Source: Crocinitomicaceae bacterium
Lineage (GTDB): Bacteria > Bacteroidota > Bacteroidia > Flavobacteriales_D > Crocinitomicaceae
Length of the DNA stretch: 32,000 bases
Assembly (NCBI GenBank): GCA_044232905.1
Contig: JBIIKZ010000009.1
Coordinates: 1 to 32,000, forward strand
Reading direction: 5' to 3'
In this document: positions 1 through 9,489 of the stretch, one piece after another
Position numbering within the stretch: the first letter of the stretch is position 1
Layout of the letters: the number at the start of each line of letters is the position of its first letter
The notes under the pieces: generated by a model
Told to the model about the DNA's origin: nothing
The model's database searches: none
Seen by the model: only the letters and a program-made list of their open reading frames with translations
Position numbers and translations under genes: made by a program

Positions 1-3000
1 TCTTGACTAGCAACAGTTGTAGCTATTTCATCCATAGACCATCCATACATCGGTTTACCATTGTTTTGTCCAGTAGCAGTGTAATCATTATACTGTTTAG
101 CTAAACGTGTTTTAATAATTAAATCCGAAGATAATAAAGTCTGGTTAGAAGCCAATAGCGGATTAACAACCCAAACTAAACTCGTATATGCATTTACCAA
201 ACTAATTGGATCGCCTGATTTAAAATTATCATACACCCAATCATTAGTACCATCATAATACGGACAATTACGATTATTATCTGTAAAAGAGTGTACTTTA
301 TTACCAAATACATAAATGGGATGTTGACCACCTAAATGTGGTTGGCCATTATCATCGTATAATACATTCGATGGATTCCAAATCATATCTCTTCCATTAT
401 CTTTAAATAAGAAAGAGTTTTCTCCAAACGCCATGTGTAAACGAACACCTGATTCAACATCAATAGCATAACCAGGAAACCAACTCATACCAGTAGACCC
501 AGCTATTGTTTTACCCATTTTATCAACACTTAATCCTTTACGTAACATACCAGCAGTAGCACCACCTTCCGTTAAAGAAGAATTTCGCCCTAATTCAATC
601 ACAGCACATCTTGTCCATTTACTTGTATCTGAAGTTATTACAAGGTCAATATTTGGTGTTCTAATTAATGAAGCTCTTTCACGTATATCAACTCGATATG
701 AATTTAAAGTAGCCGGATATGCAATAGGCATATATTCTGATTGAAAACCAACCAAACAATGCGGAGCTATACCACCAGATAATAATTTAGGATATTTTTG
801 CTCTTTATCAATCCAAACTTGATTTGCTTGCGGTGAATTATCTACTCCGTAAGAAGCGTCTGGAAATAAAAATGGATTATTATACCCTAATTTAGTGTCA
901 TTATCTTTAGCTAACGCTTCATTGATACCAGATCTAATCCAGTTACTCGGATTAAATTGATCGTTATCTTTTACAAATGTTAACCACTTTTTAGAAGAGT
1001 CTGAAAAACTTATAGTTGCAGAAATTGGCTCTGCAAATTTACGATATTCATACTTTGTAGTCATATTGGCATCAATAGGCTTAGCTTCCGCTTGAACTAT
1101 TTGAACAGATACACCCCATTTTGGAATTAACTGTTCATTATTCACAGCTATTGTGTTTTCAGAAAGTACAGAATCTAATAATTGTCCACCTTCTTTTGAA
1201 TTATAACGGTAAATAACCCAAGATGCAGTATCAACACCATCATTGTTGATAGACTCATTAGACTGTATCGTTGATACTTTATAATTTTTGAATTTACACT
1301 CAAAATAACCTTTCGCCAAATTTAGTGGATCTACTACTTTAATATTCAAAGGACCATGACCATAATCGTATGTAGGATTAGCTAATTTACCTTTGGATAC
1401 AATTTCATCAAATGAACTTTTCACCAATTCAACACTGCGATTTCCATTACCTCTTCCATCTAAACGTGTAATTTGAGGTGTGTAACCAAAATTTGCTTTT
1501 TGAATAATATTTTCTGCTAATGGTTTGTGAGGAATACCGGTCATCGGTTTAATTGCAGCACCATCATAACCAGTTCTAGACATTATAAATGGAATTTTTT
1601 GTCCATCTGTAAATCCAGGCTCATCTGGAATATATGTTTTAAAATTGTTATACGCATAAGCAACAGCAATATAATAATAGGTTTTGTTATTCGTCAATTT
1701 AGTATTTGTAAACATATCTGTAGAAACAGCAAAACTATGTTTTATACCTTCATCATTACCTTTCACCTTTAAGACTGGTACAGATATTCCAAAATCCTCA
1801 TCAAACTCATAATTGATAACTTTAGAAACTCCATTTTTAATATCACATTGAGCTACTAAACGTGCGTTATCCGTATTATATAAATCTGTAGCAGAAGCCT
1901 TTTCTGATTTAGCTTGGTAAATCATATATCCTTCAAAACGATAAAACTTATTGGAATAGCTTGGATCTATAGCATAATCTTTTTGAATATAGTTTTCGCC
2001 AATATTATTGGAAGGTGTAGGATTACTTAATGTTAATATTAGCTCTCTATCTAATTCTTGTATGGATAATTTCGGCGCACTTGGTGGCTCCAAAATCTTA
2101 AAACAGTTGTCAAATAATTGTTGTGCTTTTGTATCTGCTCTTCTTAAAGAATTAACAGAAGCTAACAAACCACTTTCAGTACTACGTGCATAAACGATAC
2201 CTACAGTAATGTTATTAATAGCACCAGGTTTTAAGGTAAAAGGTCCTGCAGATTGTACAAAACGTCTATCACCTTTAGGATTTTTTTCAGAAATCTCTGA
2301 CCAATCTTTTTTACCTGGATCTGTTCCAGCAGTACTCCAATTTAAGGTGTCAGAATCTCCAGGGAACATATAATCAGCAGGAATCGTTGTAACTTTATCA
2401 GCACCTGGGAAACCCGAACCACCAAACATTGTTTTATCACCAAAACGCCACTTACCAGTCATGTAATTATAATACTGTCCTGCAGTAGTTGGGTCAGCTA
2501 CGGATTGATTGGAAGCGCCCGAACCTGTATAATACGTAAAACGTTTCATTCCATAACGTTCGTTATCTTTAATTCCATCTCCATAACCAATACCTAAACC
2601 TGCATAAACTATTCCTTTGTTTGCAATCGCCTCTAAAACAGTAGGTTTTACTAATTTTCCTTGACTATCAAAGTGTGGACCAGGATTATCTAGATCATCT
2701 GCATCTTGGTATGGTCCTTCGAAGAAATCTACTCCAATTGCTGGAGGATTTGTTCCATAACCTAATTTTCCAGCAAAAGCCTCGTCATTTTCATCCGCAT
2801 TATAACAATATCCTAAACCACGCGTAACATCACATCCAACATAATCATCACTATAATTTCCTAAATCTGGATCAACATATTGAGCAAAGTAAGTATTGTA
2901 AAGTGTTTGTGTACCTCTATTGATCATTTCATAGTTATAAAATGTCATACGGTTAATTTGATCCGTAGTTGTAAATGTGAAAGCTTGCGCACGAATTTCC

Positions 3001-3872
3001 ATTCCAATTGGATCACCTCCTGTTTCTGTGTGAATATTTCCTTTATCATTAAAAATCCACCAATTGGTTTCATCTCCAAATAAGGATATACGACGATCGC
3101 TACCACAAACAATATCATCTTTTTTCAAAATATCATCATACCAAGGATAATCTCCATCATTTAAAGGATCGTACCAACCATCCTTACCGTCTTGACATTC
3201 TGCATTATCATAAAAAGGTGCTAGATAGTGATCTTGATTAAGTGTTTCATCCCCATGTGCTGGCCATGCATAAATTCTGTTTAATACTTCATTTGAAGGT
3301 GCGGGTACAGCAGCACACAATTCAGTATTTGATTTTAATCCTTTACAAGCATCCCACCAAGTAGAAAATTGAATAACTTCTGCTTTACGAATTGTAAAAA
3401 ACTTATCATAAGCAGCACATTCTTCTTTTCCGATATTTGCATCGCCATAATCCTTGAATGCATTATCTCCAAGTGGATTTTTCGGATCGTAATTACCTGT
3501 ACCAGCAGTTGAAGTTAAAGGACCAGTCCAAAAATCATTTCCTGTCGAACGGTATTTTTGAGCTGCAATTTTTAATTGATTATTAACATCAACACCTCCC
3601 ATCCATAAAGATGCTGCATAAATAGCTGTCAATCCAGTGTTTTTAGGAACTTCATAAGTACCTACACCAGTAGAACGATCTAAGAACAACATACCACCTG
3701 TTTCTAATAATGCACTTACATCATTAAAATTCATTCTGAGTGTAGAACTAGAAGGAGAACACCCAGATTTATTTACATGTTTTTGTGCATTCCCTTTTTT
3801 AGCAAAATCATAATCATACGAAAATGCTAGGGTGCTTAAGGTTAGTGTTATTGCAATTACTAAATTTTTCAT
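1..3872 (-). CDS. Large secreted protein of unknown function; N-terminus present, C-terminus beyond the left window edge (at least 1290 aa)
   Basis: Absent from the ORF track because it runs off the window. ATG at 3872 lies 27 nt downstream of the stop of the 3900..7811 gene on the same strand. My manual minus-strand translation in this frame stays open to about position 3. N-terminus MKNLVIAITLTLSTLAFS looks like a Sec signal peptide with no lipobox Cys. No catalytic motif recognised (no HEXXH). Acidic patch DGKDGWYDPLNDGDYPWYDD. All three + strand ORFs in this span are short antisense ORFs. Confidence 0.8.
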   Translation of the reverse strand, partial: MKNLVIAITLTLSTLAFSYDYDFAKKGNAQKHVNKSGCSPSSSTLRMNFNDVSALLETGGMLFLDRSTGVGTYEVPKNTGLTAIYAASLWMGGVDVNNQLKIAAQKYRSTGNDFWTGPLTSTAGTGNYDPKNPLGDNAFKDYGDANIGKEECAAYDKFFTIRKAEVIQFSTWWDACKGLKSNTELCAAVPAPSNEVLNRIYAWPAHGDETLNQDHYLAPFYDNAECQDGKDGWYDPLNDGDYPWYDDILKKDDIVCGSDRRISLFGDETNWWIFNDKGNIHTETGGDPIGMEIRAQAFTFTTTDQINRMTFYNYEMINRGTQTLYNTYFAQYVDPDLGNYSDDYVGCDVTRGLGYCYNADENDEAFAGKLGYGTNPPAIGVDFFEGPYQDADDLDNPGPHFDSQGKLVKPTVLEAIANKGIVYAGLGIGYGDGIKDNERYGMKRFTYYTGSGASNQSVADPTTAGQYYNYMTGKWRFGDKTMFGGSGFPGADKVTTIPADYMFPGDSDTLNWSTAGTDPGKKDWSEISEKNPKGDRRFVQSAGPFTLKPGAINNITVGIVYARSTESGLLASVNSLRRADTKAQQLFDNCFKILEPPSAPKLSIQELDRELILTLSNPTPSNNIGENYIQKDYAIDPSYSNKFYRFEGYMIYQAKSEKASATDLYNTDNARLVAQCDIKNGVSKVINYEFDEDFGISVPVLKVKGNDEGIKHSFAVSTDMFTNTKLTNNKTYYYIAVAYAYNNFKTYIPDEPGFTDGQKIPFIMSRTGYDGAAIKPMTGIPHKPLAENIIQKANFGYTPQITRLDGRGNGNRSVELVKSSFDEIVSKGKLANPTYDYGHGPLNIKVVDPLNLAKGYFECKFKNYKVSTIQSNESINNDGVDTASWVIYRYNSKEGGQLLDSVLSENTIAVNNEQLIPKWGVSVQIVQAEAKPIDANMTTKYEYRKFAEPISATISFSDSSKKWLTFVKDNDQFNPSNWIRSGINEALAKDNDTKLGYNNPFLFPDASYGVDNSPQANQVWIDKEQKYPKLLSGGIAPHCLVGFQSEYMPIAYPATLNSYRVDIRERASLIRTPNIDLVITSDTSKWTRCAVIELGRNSSLTEGGATAGMLRKGLSVDKMGKTIAGSTGMSWFPGYAIDVESGVRLHMAFGENSFLFKDNGRDMIWNPSNVLYDDNGQPHLGGQHPIYVFGNKVHSFTDNNRNCPYYDGTNDWVYDNFKSGDPISLVNAYTSLVWVVNPLLASNQTLLSSDLIIKTRLAKQYNDYTATGQNNGKPMYGWSMDEIATTVASQ

Positions 3873-3899
3873 AACTATGTATTTTAAAGTAATAATCTA

Positions 3900-6800
3900 T
3901 TAAAAATCAAATCTTAATCCTAAACGAATAGTCCGAGGAGAACTAATATTAAAAGCGTTCTGAACTTTCATAGTATAATAGTCTCTGAATGAAAGTTCGT
4001 CATATTGATTTTGAATAGATTGTTGAAATTGCGCTGCAGCTAAATAACCATCATCATTCCAGTTTCCTGTAGCTCTGTAAACATTCACAACATTGAATTG
4101 ATTAAATAAGTTAGTTGCACGAATGTAGACATTCAAAAACACCTTTTTATCCTTATTTAAATTAGGATCCGATGCATTTGCAGATTTATCTTTAATCGTA
4201 AATTGAATATTTTTATCTAACTGCATATCTAATCGATAAGACCAAGGCTTACGAGAACCGTTTAATGTACCTGTTAAACCTGATGCTAACGGACTCAGTG
4301 CTGCAGCATTTGTTATCGTAGATTGTGATGAGTATGGATTACCTGAAAAAACATTTGTTGTAATATTTAAACCAACGTTTTCAAATAATTTAATTCCACC
4401 AATTTCAGGACCATTATATGCTTCACCCTCTCCATAACGGTAATCTGTTACAAAATTAAATTGATGTCTTGTATCGTAATCGTAAGGGAAAATATTACGA
4501 AGATTTGGTAAACCTGCTTGAATGAAAGAAGCGATTGAAGCAGCATCTGTACCTGTACCTTCAGCAAACTGTAAGGTATAGTTTGCGGTCATTCTTAAAT
4601 TACCTGTCCTTCTCAAATCATATGCAATTGTCAAACCTTTAACTGTACCAAAATCACGATTTCCATATGTTTTGTACGATTTAGGATACGCATTAAAAAC
4701 ATTAACTAATTGAACTTGATTACGTTGTTCACGATAGTATGCTGAAATTTTAATCGAAGATGTTTTTGTTAAAACTTGTTGAAACCCTAATTCATAATCG
4801 ATGGTTGTTTCTGGTTTCAAGTTAGGATTACTAATAGTAGGAGAAGAAACTAGAGATAAGAATTGATAATCTGTAGGGTCAAAACGATTAGCAGAAGAAG
4901 GTCTTTTAGTTAAGATATCATAATGCGCGAAAAATAATGCCTGATCTGAAATAGGGAAAGAGAAAGAGAAACGCGGCATAAAATTGATTTGTGGCTTGTA
5001 TTGTTCAAAAGCACTTGCATTTATTGTTTTTACTTTTGGATCAACTAACCATGGAGCAATACCACCTGGACCTTCTAATACTTTTGGATTATCTACAGGA
5101 ATACCTTGTGCGTTATACCAATTAGATCCTGAACGATATCCATTAATTGCTGTTGGATTATTTACATCATTCACATAAACAACATAATTATCTCCCATCG
5201 AAGAAGGAATCGCTAACTGATTATTATCATCTGCTAACCAAGTAAGTGTGGTAGGTTCTTTACTATACTTTGCTTTAGCTTCTGCAACCGTATTTGCATT
5301 AAATAATAAATATGGATCTTTTAATACTGGTTGATTCGCATCAAATGCATCAATACGTAAACCTACGTTAAATAATAAATCGTTAATGGAGAATTTATCC
5401 ATGATATACCCAGCAACATAAATTGGTTGAAAAGCTCCTATTGCACGTTGATAATTACCATATTTATCAAATGTATTAAAATAACTATTTATGTCTGTCT
5501 TGCCATATGTTTTATTTCCAGCTTTATCATACCCATAATACGAAATGTATGAGTTACCATTATTCATCAATTCATCCGCAGAAAACATATCGATAGTTAA
5601 TAAGCTTGGATCTAAACGGTTAACATCTACATACGAGCTATTTGCTCCTCCTCCTACTAGATTTAGTTTATTTCTTAAATTATAATCGAAAAAATATTGA
5701 TTTTCTTGTGCATTTGGATCACCCTCAGAAAATTTCTTTTGTGCTTCTTGTCCACCATAAACACCATTATGATTATAGGCATAACCAGAATTCAATCTTT
5801 GATATGTAACTTGGTCATAATTCCCCATATTTACAGTATCACCTGTTGTGTAATCTAACTCCGAAATGTGCGAATTAGTGTACTTACGTGCTAAAAACCA
5901 CAGATTCATAGGGTTTGAACAACCCCATGATCTATCAAAACGTTGCTCGAACTCAAAACCTAAGGTAATCTTATGCCCTCCAATAAGCACATTTCCGTTA
6001 CCTGTTACACGAAATTGTTCAGCTTGAGATTTGCCCATATAGTTGTAAGGACTACCTATATTACTCCATAAATCATATACATTTGCTGGAGAGTCCCCAT
6101 TTATTAATGCATTTCCTTGTTGTATTTGATTTAAATTCTCGTAACGACCCTGGGGACTATTTGCATAGATAGAATAATATTGAGATGTTATTGCTGCTAA
6201 AGCATTGTTAGATTTAGATGGTGTAAAATCTACTTTTTCATCTCTAAATCCGTCTTGCGATGCTGTTAAAGTAGTATAATTCATTCGGTAAGTAGGCACT
6301 TGTGTAGTAGCAAATGTACCGATATGCCCATATTCAAATGCATTATATTTAAAACGGCTATCGTAATTTGCGCTTGAAGAACTCGAATAATCCACCATTA
6401 AACTATAACTCGCACTTTTGATTAATGCTCTTGGATCTTTTGAATTATCAAAACGTTGTGTAAAACGACCATATACACGAAAATCTGAAGAATTATAGTC
6501 TCCATTATTTGCGAAATTTAATAAGGAACTTGTGTATGAATATTGTTTTCCAAAATTGTAATTAAATGTAGAACCAAATGTTAAATTAATCGTTGGTCCT
6601 GTTTTAACATCTATTTTTGCTGTTGAAGTAAATGTTGAAGTTGCAGCATTCATTCTCCAAGGATTTCGTTCAAAATCATTTGCTCTTAAGAAGTTTGTAG
6701 CATGTAATGGAACTTTTCCATCTGGCATTGCTCTCAAAGGATTTGCGATTATTTCATCTCTCACCTCTTTTTTAACTCTGAAGCCACCTCCATTTGCTAG

Positions 6801-7811
6801 GGGACGACTGTCTAATTGATTTGTAAAATTTGCGGAAAATAAAAATCCTAAGATTGGTTTTTCTTTGTTCCCTAAAGAATCTTTTTTAAACAACAAAGGT
6901 CCGGACAGCATTCCTTCGAATAAGTTGTATCCATATTTATCAAATCCGTACACTTTACCATCATATCCATTAACATCTTTTCCCTTAAAATAAATACCTG
7001 AACTAACAATCTCTGCATTTCCGAAATAATTAGAAGTTGGTCCTTTAGTCGTAACAGAAATAATACCACCTGTAGCATCTCCATAATTTGCAGGTATACC
7101 ACCGGTCATTACACTAATTTCTTCAAATGCACCTTTTGGAAGGTTTAAACCACCCCTAACTTTTTGGCCATCAATAAAAGCAATGGTAGCATCTCCTGCG
7201 CCACCACGCAAACTCATTTCGCCAGTACTATTATTCACACCTGCCATTGTACCAACAACTCCAGCCACATCACGTACAGCCATCTCTTTGATTTCTCCTG
7301 CACCTTTGGAATCTCCTGAAGCTCCACCATCTTTATCAATTAGCGGTCTAACATATTTTTTTGTTTTAATTTTTGCGGCATCTAATTCTTTTTCTCCATT
7401 ATTTTTTTTGGAAGCAGTTTTATCTGTATTTGAAATAGGAGTTGTTGTAGAGGTTGGTTTTTCAACTTTAGCTTTTTCCAAAAAGAATGGGTCGAGTGAA
7501 CTTATTTTATCTGAAGATATAGTTACACCAGTCAATCCAGTTGGCTCATATCCTTCTAAATTTTGCGTAACAAAAATGTCATACGATCCAGGTTGAATTC
7601 CTGACAAACGATATTTACCATTAAAATCTGTTTTGCCGATATATTTTGTTTCAGTTCCAGATTTCACAATAATCTTTGCATCGAAAACACCTTCCGATTT
7701 GTTAATTGCATCAAAAACAAAACCTGTAATCTCACCTGTTCCATTTTGAGAGAAGCTATAAGCTACTGATAAAAAAACAGTTAAAATTAATAATGAGAGC
7801 TTACGTACCAT
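3900..7811 (-). CDS. Oversized TonB-dependent-receptor / SusC-like outer-membrane beta-barrel with N-terminal carboxypeptidase-regulatory-like domain (1303 aa)
   Basis: Signal peptide MVRKLSLLILTVFLSVAYSFSQ. CarboxypepD_reg-like pattern (GEITGFVFD...GKTDFNGKYRLSGIQPGSYDI). Lys/Thr/Ser-rich linker. Plug-like segment (MSLRGG..IAFIDGQKV..EEISVMTGGIPANYGDATGGIISVTTKG). Long Tyr/Asn/Gly-rich barrel ending ...RLGLRFDF (aromatic OMP terminus). Confidence 0.85.
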   Translation of the reverse strand: MVRKLSLLILTVFLSVAYSFSQNGTGEITGFVFDAINKSEGVFDAKIIVKSGTETKYIGKTDFNGKYRLSGIQPGSYDIFVTQNLEGYEPTGLTGVTISSDKISSLDPFFLEKAKVEKPTSTTTPISNTDKTASKKNNGEKELDAAKIKTKKYVRPLIDKDGGASGDSKGAGEIKEMAVRDVAGVVGTMAGVNNSTGEMSLRGGAGDATIAFIDGQKVRGGLNLPKGAFEEISVMTGGIPANYGDATGGIISVTTKGPTSNYFGNAEIVSSGIYFKGKDVNGYDGKVYGFDKYGYNLFEGMLSGPLLFKKDSLGNKEKPILGFLFSANFTNQLDSRPLANGGGFRVKKEVRDEIIANPLRAMPDGKVPLHATNFLRANDFERNPWRMNAATSTFTSTAKIDVKTGPTINLTFGSTFNYNFGKQYSYTSSLLNFANNGDYNSSDFRVYGRFTQRFDNSKDPRALIKSASYSLMVDYSSSSSANYDSRFKYNAFEYGHIGTFATTQVPTYRMNYTTLTASQDGFRDEKVDFTPSKSNNALAAITSQYYSIYANSPQGRYENLNQIQQGNALINGDSPANVYDLWSNIGSPYNYMGKSQAEQFRVTGNGNVLIGGHKITLGFEFEQRFDRSWGCSNPMNLWFLARKYTNSHISELDYTTGDTVNMGNYDQVTYQRLNSGYAYNHNGVYGGQEAQKKFSEGDPNAQENQYFFDYNLRNKLNLVGGGANSSYVDVNRLDPSLLTIDMFSADELMNNGNSYISYYGYDKAGNKTYGKTDINSYFNTFDKYGNYQRAIGAFQPIYVAGYIMDKFSINDLLFNVGLRIDAFDANQPVLKDPYLLFNANTVAEAKAKYSKEPTTLTWLADDNNQLAIPSSMGDNYVVYVNDVNNPTAINGYRSGSNWYNAQGIPVDNPKVLEGPGGIAPWLVDPKVKTINASAFEQYKPQINFMPRFSFSFPISDQALFFAHYDILTKRPSSANRFDPTDYQFLSLVSSPTISNPNLKPETTIDYELGFQQVLTKTSSIKISAYYREQRNQVQLVNVFNAYPKSYKTYGNRDFGTVKGLTIAYDLRRTGNLRMTANYTLQFAEGTGTDAASIASFIQAGLPNLRNIFPYDYDTRHQFNFVTDYRYGEGEAYNGPEIGGIKLFENVGLNITTNVFSGNPYSSQSTITNAAALSPLASGLTGTLNGSRKPWSYRLDMQLDKNIQFTIKDKSANASDPNLNKDKKVFLNVYIRATNLFNQFNVVNVYRATGNWNDDGYLAAAQFQQSIQNQYDELSFRDYYTMKVQNAFNISSPRTIRLGLRFDF

Positions 7812-8010
7812 ATCTAAAAAATTAAAATTCTTTATAAAACTAGATTATTTCGCACAAAAATTTAAAAAATCAACTGCAAATAAAGTGGAAAAAAATGGGT
7901 TAACAAAATTTAAACTATTATTTCTTTTAAACATTTTTAACAATTCGTTAAAGTTAACTGTTTGTAATTTTCACATTTGAGCTTCTGTTTTTTGTGTGTA
8001 ATTTTGTCAG

Positions 8011-8631
8011 ATGGAATTAACAAGGGAAATTTTTTCTTTTTCAAAAAAAAACACACAGGTATACATTACACCTAACTGGATAGACTTGTCCAAGGATGCA
8101 TCCTCCATTCTATTAATAGACGAAGAGAAAGAAAAATACGTTGCTTTAAGAACTGAAAAAAGAAAAAAAGAATTTTTACTTGTTAGATTTCTTCGGAATA
8201 ATTTTTTCCCTAGTAAAGAAATTGCATATACAGAATCTGGTGCACCTTATTTCAAAGACAAATCTTATTCCATTTCTATAAGTCATAGTTCAACTTTAAT
8301 AGCGTTGGCAGCATCAAGCGAAGAAAGAATAGGAATAGATATTGAGTTAATACAAGATAAAATCATAAAACTTGGTCATAAATTCATGCATTTAGACGAA
8401 ATTGCACGCGTAAATCGAAGTAATGAGGTGATTCAATACACCAGTTTTTGGTGTGCGAAAGAAGCACTATATAAATGGAGTAACATAGGTGGTTTAAGTT
8501 TTCAAAATGATTTAGCTGTACATTGTGATGCAAGCGGAAATTGGCATGGAAAATCGACACGTATTTCAACAAACTTGATTCCACTAGAAACACTAGAGTT
8601 TAATAATCATATTCTTTGTTTTACGTATTAA
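8011..8631 (+). CDS. 4'-phosphopantetheinyl transferase, Sfp-type
   Basis: 206 aa with the PPTase superfamily motifs ..GAPYF...SISISHS.., GIDIE and FWCAKEALYKW (W/F-x-x-KEA-x-x-K). Confidence 0.8.
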   Translation: MELTREIFSFSKKNTQVYITPNWIDLSKDASSILLIDEEKEKYVALRTEKRKKEFLLVRFLRNNFFPSKEIAYTESGAPYFKDKSYSISISHSSTLIALAASSEERIGIDIELIQDKIIKLGHKFMHLDEIARVNRSNEVIQYTSFWCAKEALYKWSNIGGLSFQNDLAVHCDASGNWHGKSTRISTNLIPLETLEFNNHILCFTY

Positions 8632-8634
8632 AAA

Positions 8635-9390
8635 ATGTCGGAAAATAAAACACTTTACACGTCTATATGCAGTTCTATTGGACAGATTGCAATTTTGATC
8701 GATCCAGAAAAAACAAATACTGAAATACAGTTAAACACCCTACTTTCAACAATTGCAAAAAGCGCTGTGAATTTTCTATTTGTAGGTGGTAGTAGTGCCA
8801 AAAAAAAGCAGGTAGAATTTGTAGTTCAATTTCTTAAAGACAGAAGTAAATTGCCTGTAGTATTATTTCCTGGATCTAATCAACAGTTTTCGAATAATGC
8901 AGATGGGATTTTGTATTTAAGTTTATTGACAAGTAAAAATTCCAAATATTTAATCGATCAACATACTGAAAACTCCGTAGAAATTTATCATTCTGATGTA
9001 GAAATATTACCAACTGCTTACTTATTGATAGATGGCGAAAGTGACAGTTCAGTTGCAAAAATAAGCGCTTCGATACCGCTCACAAGAAATGCAAAAAAAG
9101 AAGCACTAAAAATTTCGTTGGCAGGTTTACTTCAAGGTAAAAAAATAATTTTTTTAGATGCTGGAAGTGGTGCAAAAAAAACAGTTCCAATAGGAATAAT
9201 TAAAGAAATAAAAAAACATACTAATGCTCCAATTATAGTAGGTGGAGGTGTAAAAACAACTAAAAAATTAATCTTACTTAATAAAATAGGTGTTAATATA
9301 ATTGTAGTGGGAAATCATCTAGAAAAAAATATAAAAAATTTTAAAATTATTTCTAACTATTTGATGGCCAAAAATCAAGCTATAATTTAG
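8635..9390 (+). CDS. Geranylgeranylglyceryl / heptaprenylglyceryl phosphate synthase family protein (GGGPS/PcrB-like prenyltransferase)
   Basis: 251 aa. Colinear by eye with B. subtilis PcrB: IDPEK (LDPNK), FVGGS (IIGGS), FLDAGSGA (YLEYSG), IIVGGGVKT (FYGGGIK), IIVVGNHLE (VIVVGNAVY). Starts 3 nt after the PPTase stop. Confidence 0.8.
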   Translation: MSENKTLYTSICSSIGQIAILIDPEKTNTEIQLNTLLSTIAKSAVNFLFVGGSSAKKKQVEFVVQFLKDRSKLPVVLFPGSNQQFSNNADGILYLSLLTSKNSKYLIDQHTENSVEIYHSDVEILPTAYLLIDGESDSSVAKISASIPLTRNAKKEALKISLAGLLQGKKIIFLDAGSGAKKTVPIGIIKEIKKHTNAPIIVGGGVKTTKKLILLNKIGVNIIVVGNHLEKNIKNFKIISNYLMAKNQAII

Positions 9391-9489
9391 AATTTAAAAC
9401 TAATTTATACGTTTTAAATTAACGTCAAGTTGTCAGTTCTAAATTTGAGGAATGATAATTGGGGAGATGCTATTATAAAATGACTATTC

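Noticed and set aside
1527-3083. Three + strand ORFs (1527..1772, 2008..2193, 2880..3083)
   Set aside because: They are short and low-complexity, and they are antisense to a continuous minus-strand reading frame of more than 3.8 kb with protein-like composition.
7183-7596. 137-aa + strand ORF rich in Pro/Ser/Ala
   Set aside because: It is antisense to the Gly/Ala/Thr-rich linker and plug region of the 1303-aa barrel gene. It is a typical shadow ORF of a biased-codon region.
9391-9420. Perfect 10-bp inverted repeat AATTTAAAAC-n10-GTTTTAAATT right after the GGGPS-like stop, considered as a terminator
   Set aside because: The stem is almost purely A/T, the loop is 10 nt and no T-run follows, so it is weak as an intrinsic terminator. 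It could arise by chance in this composition, so it is noted but not called.
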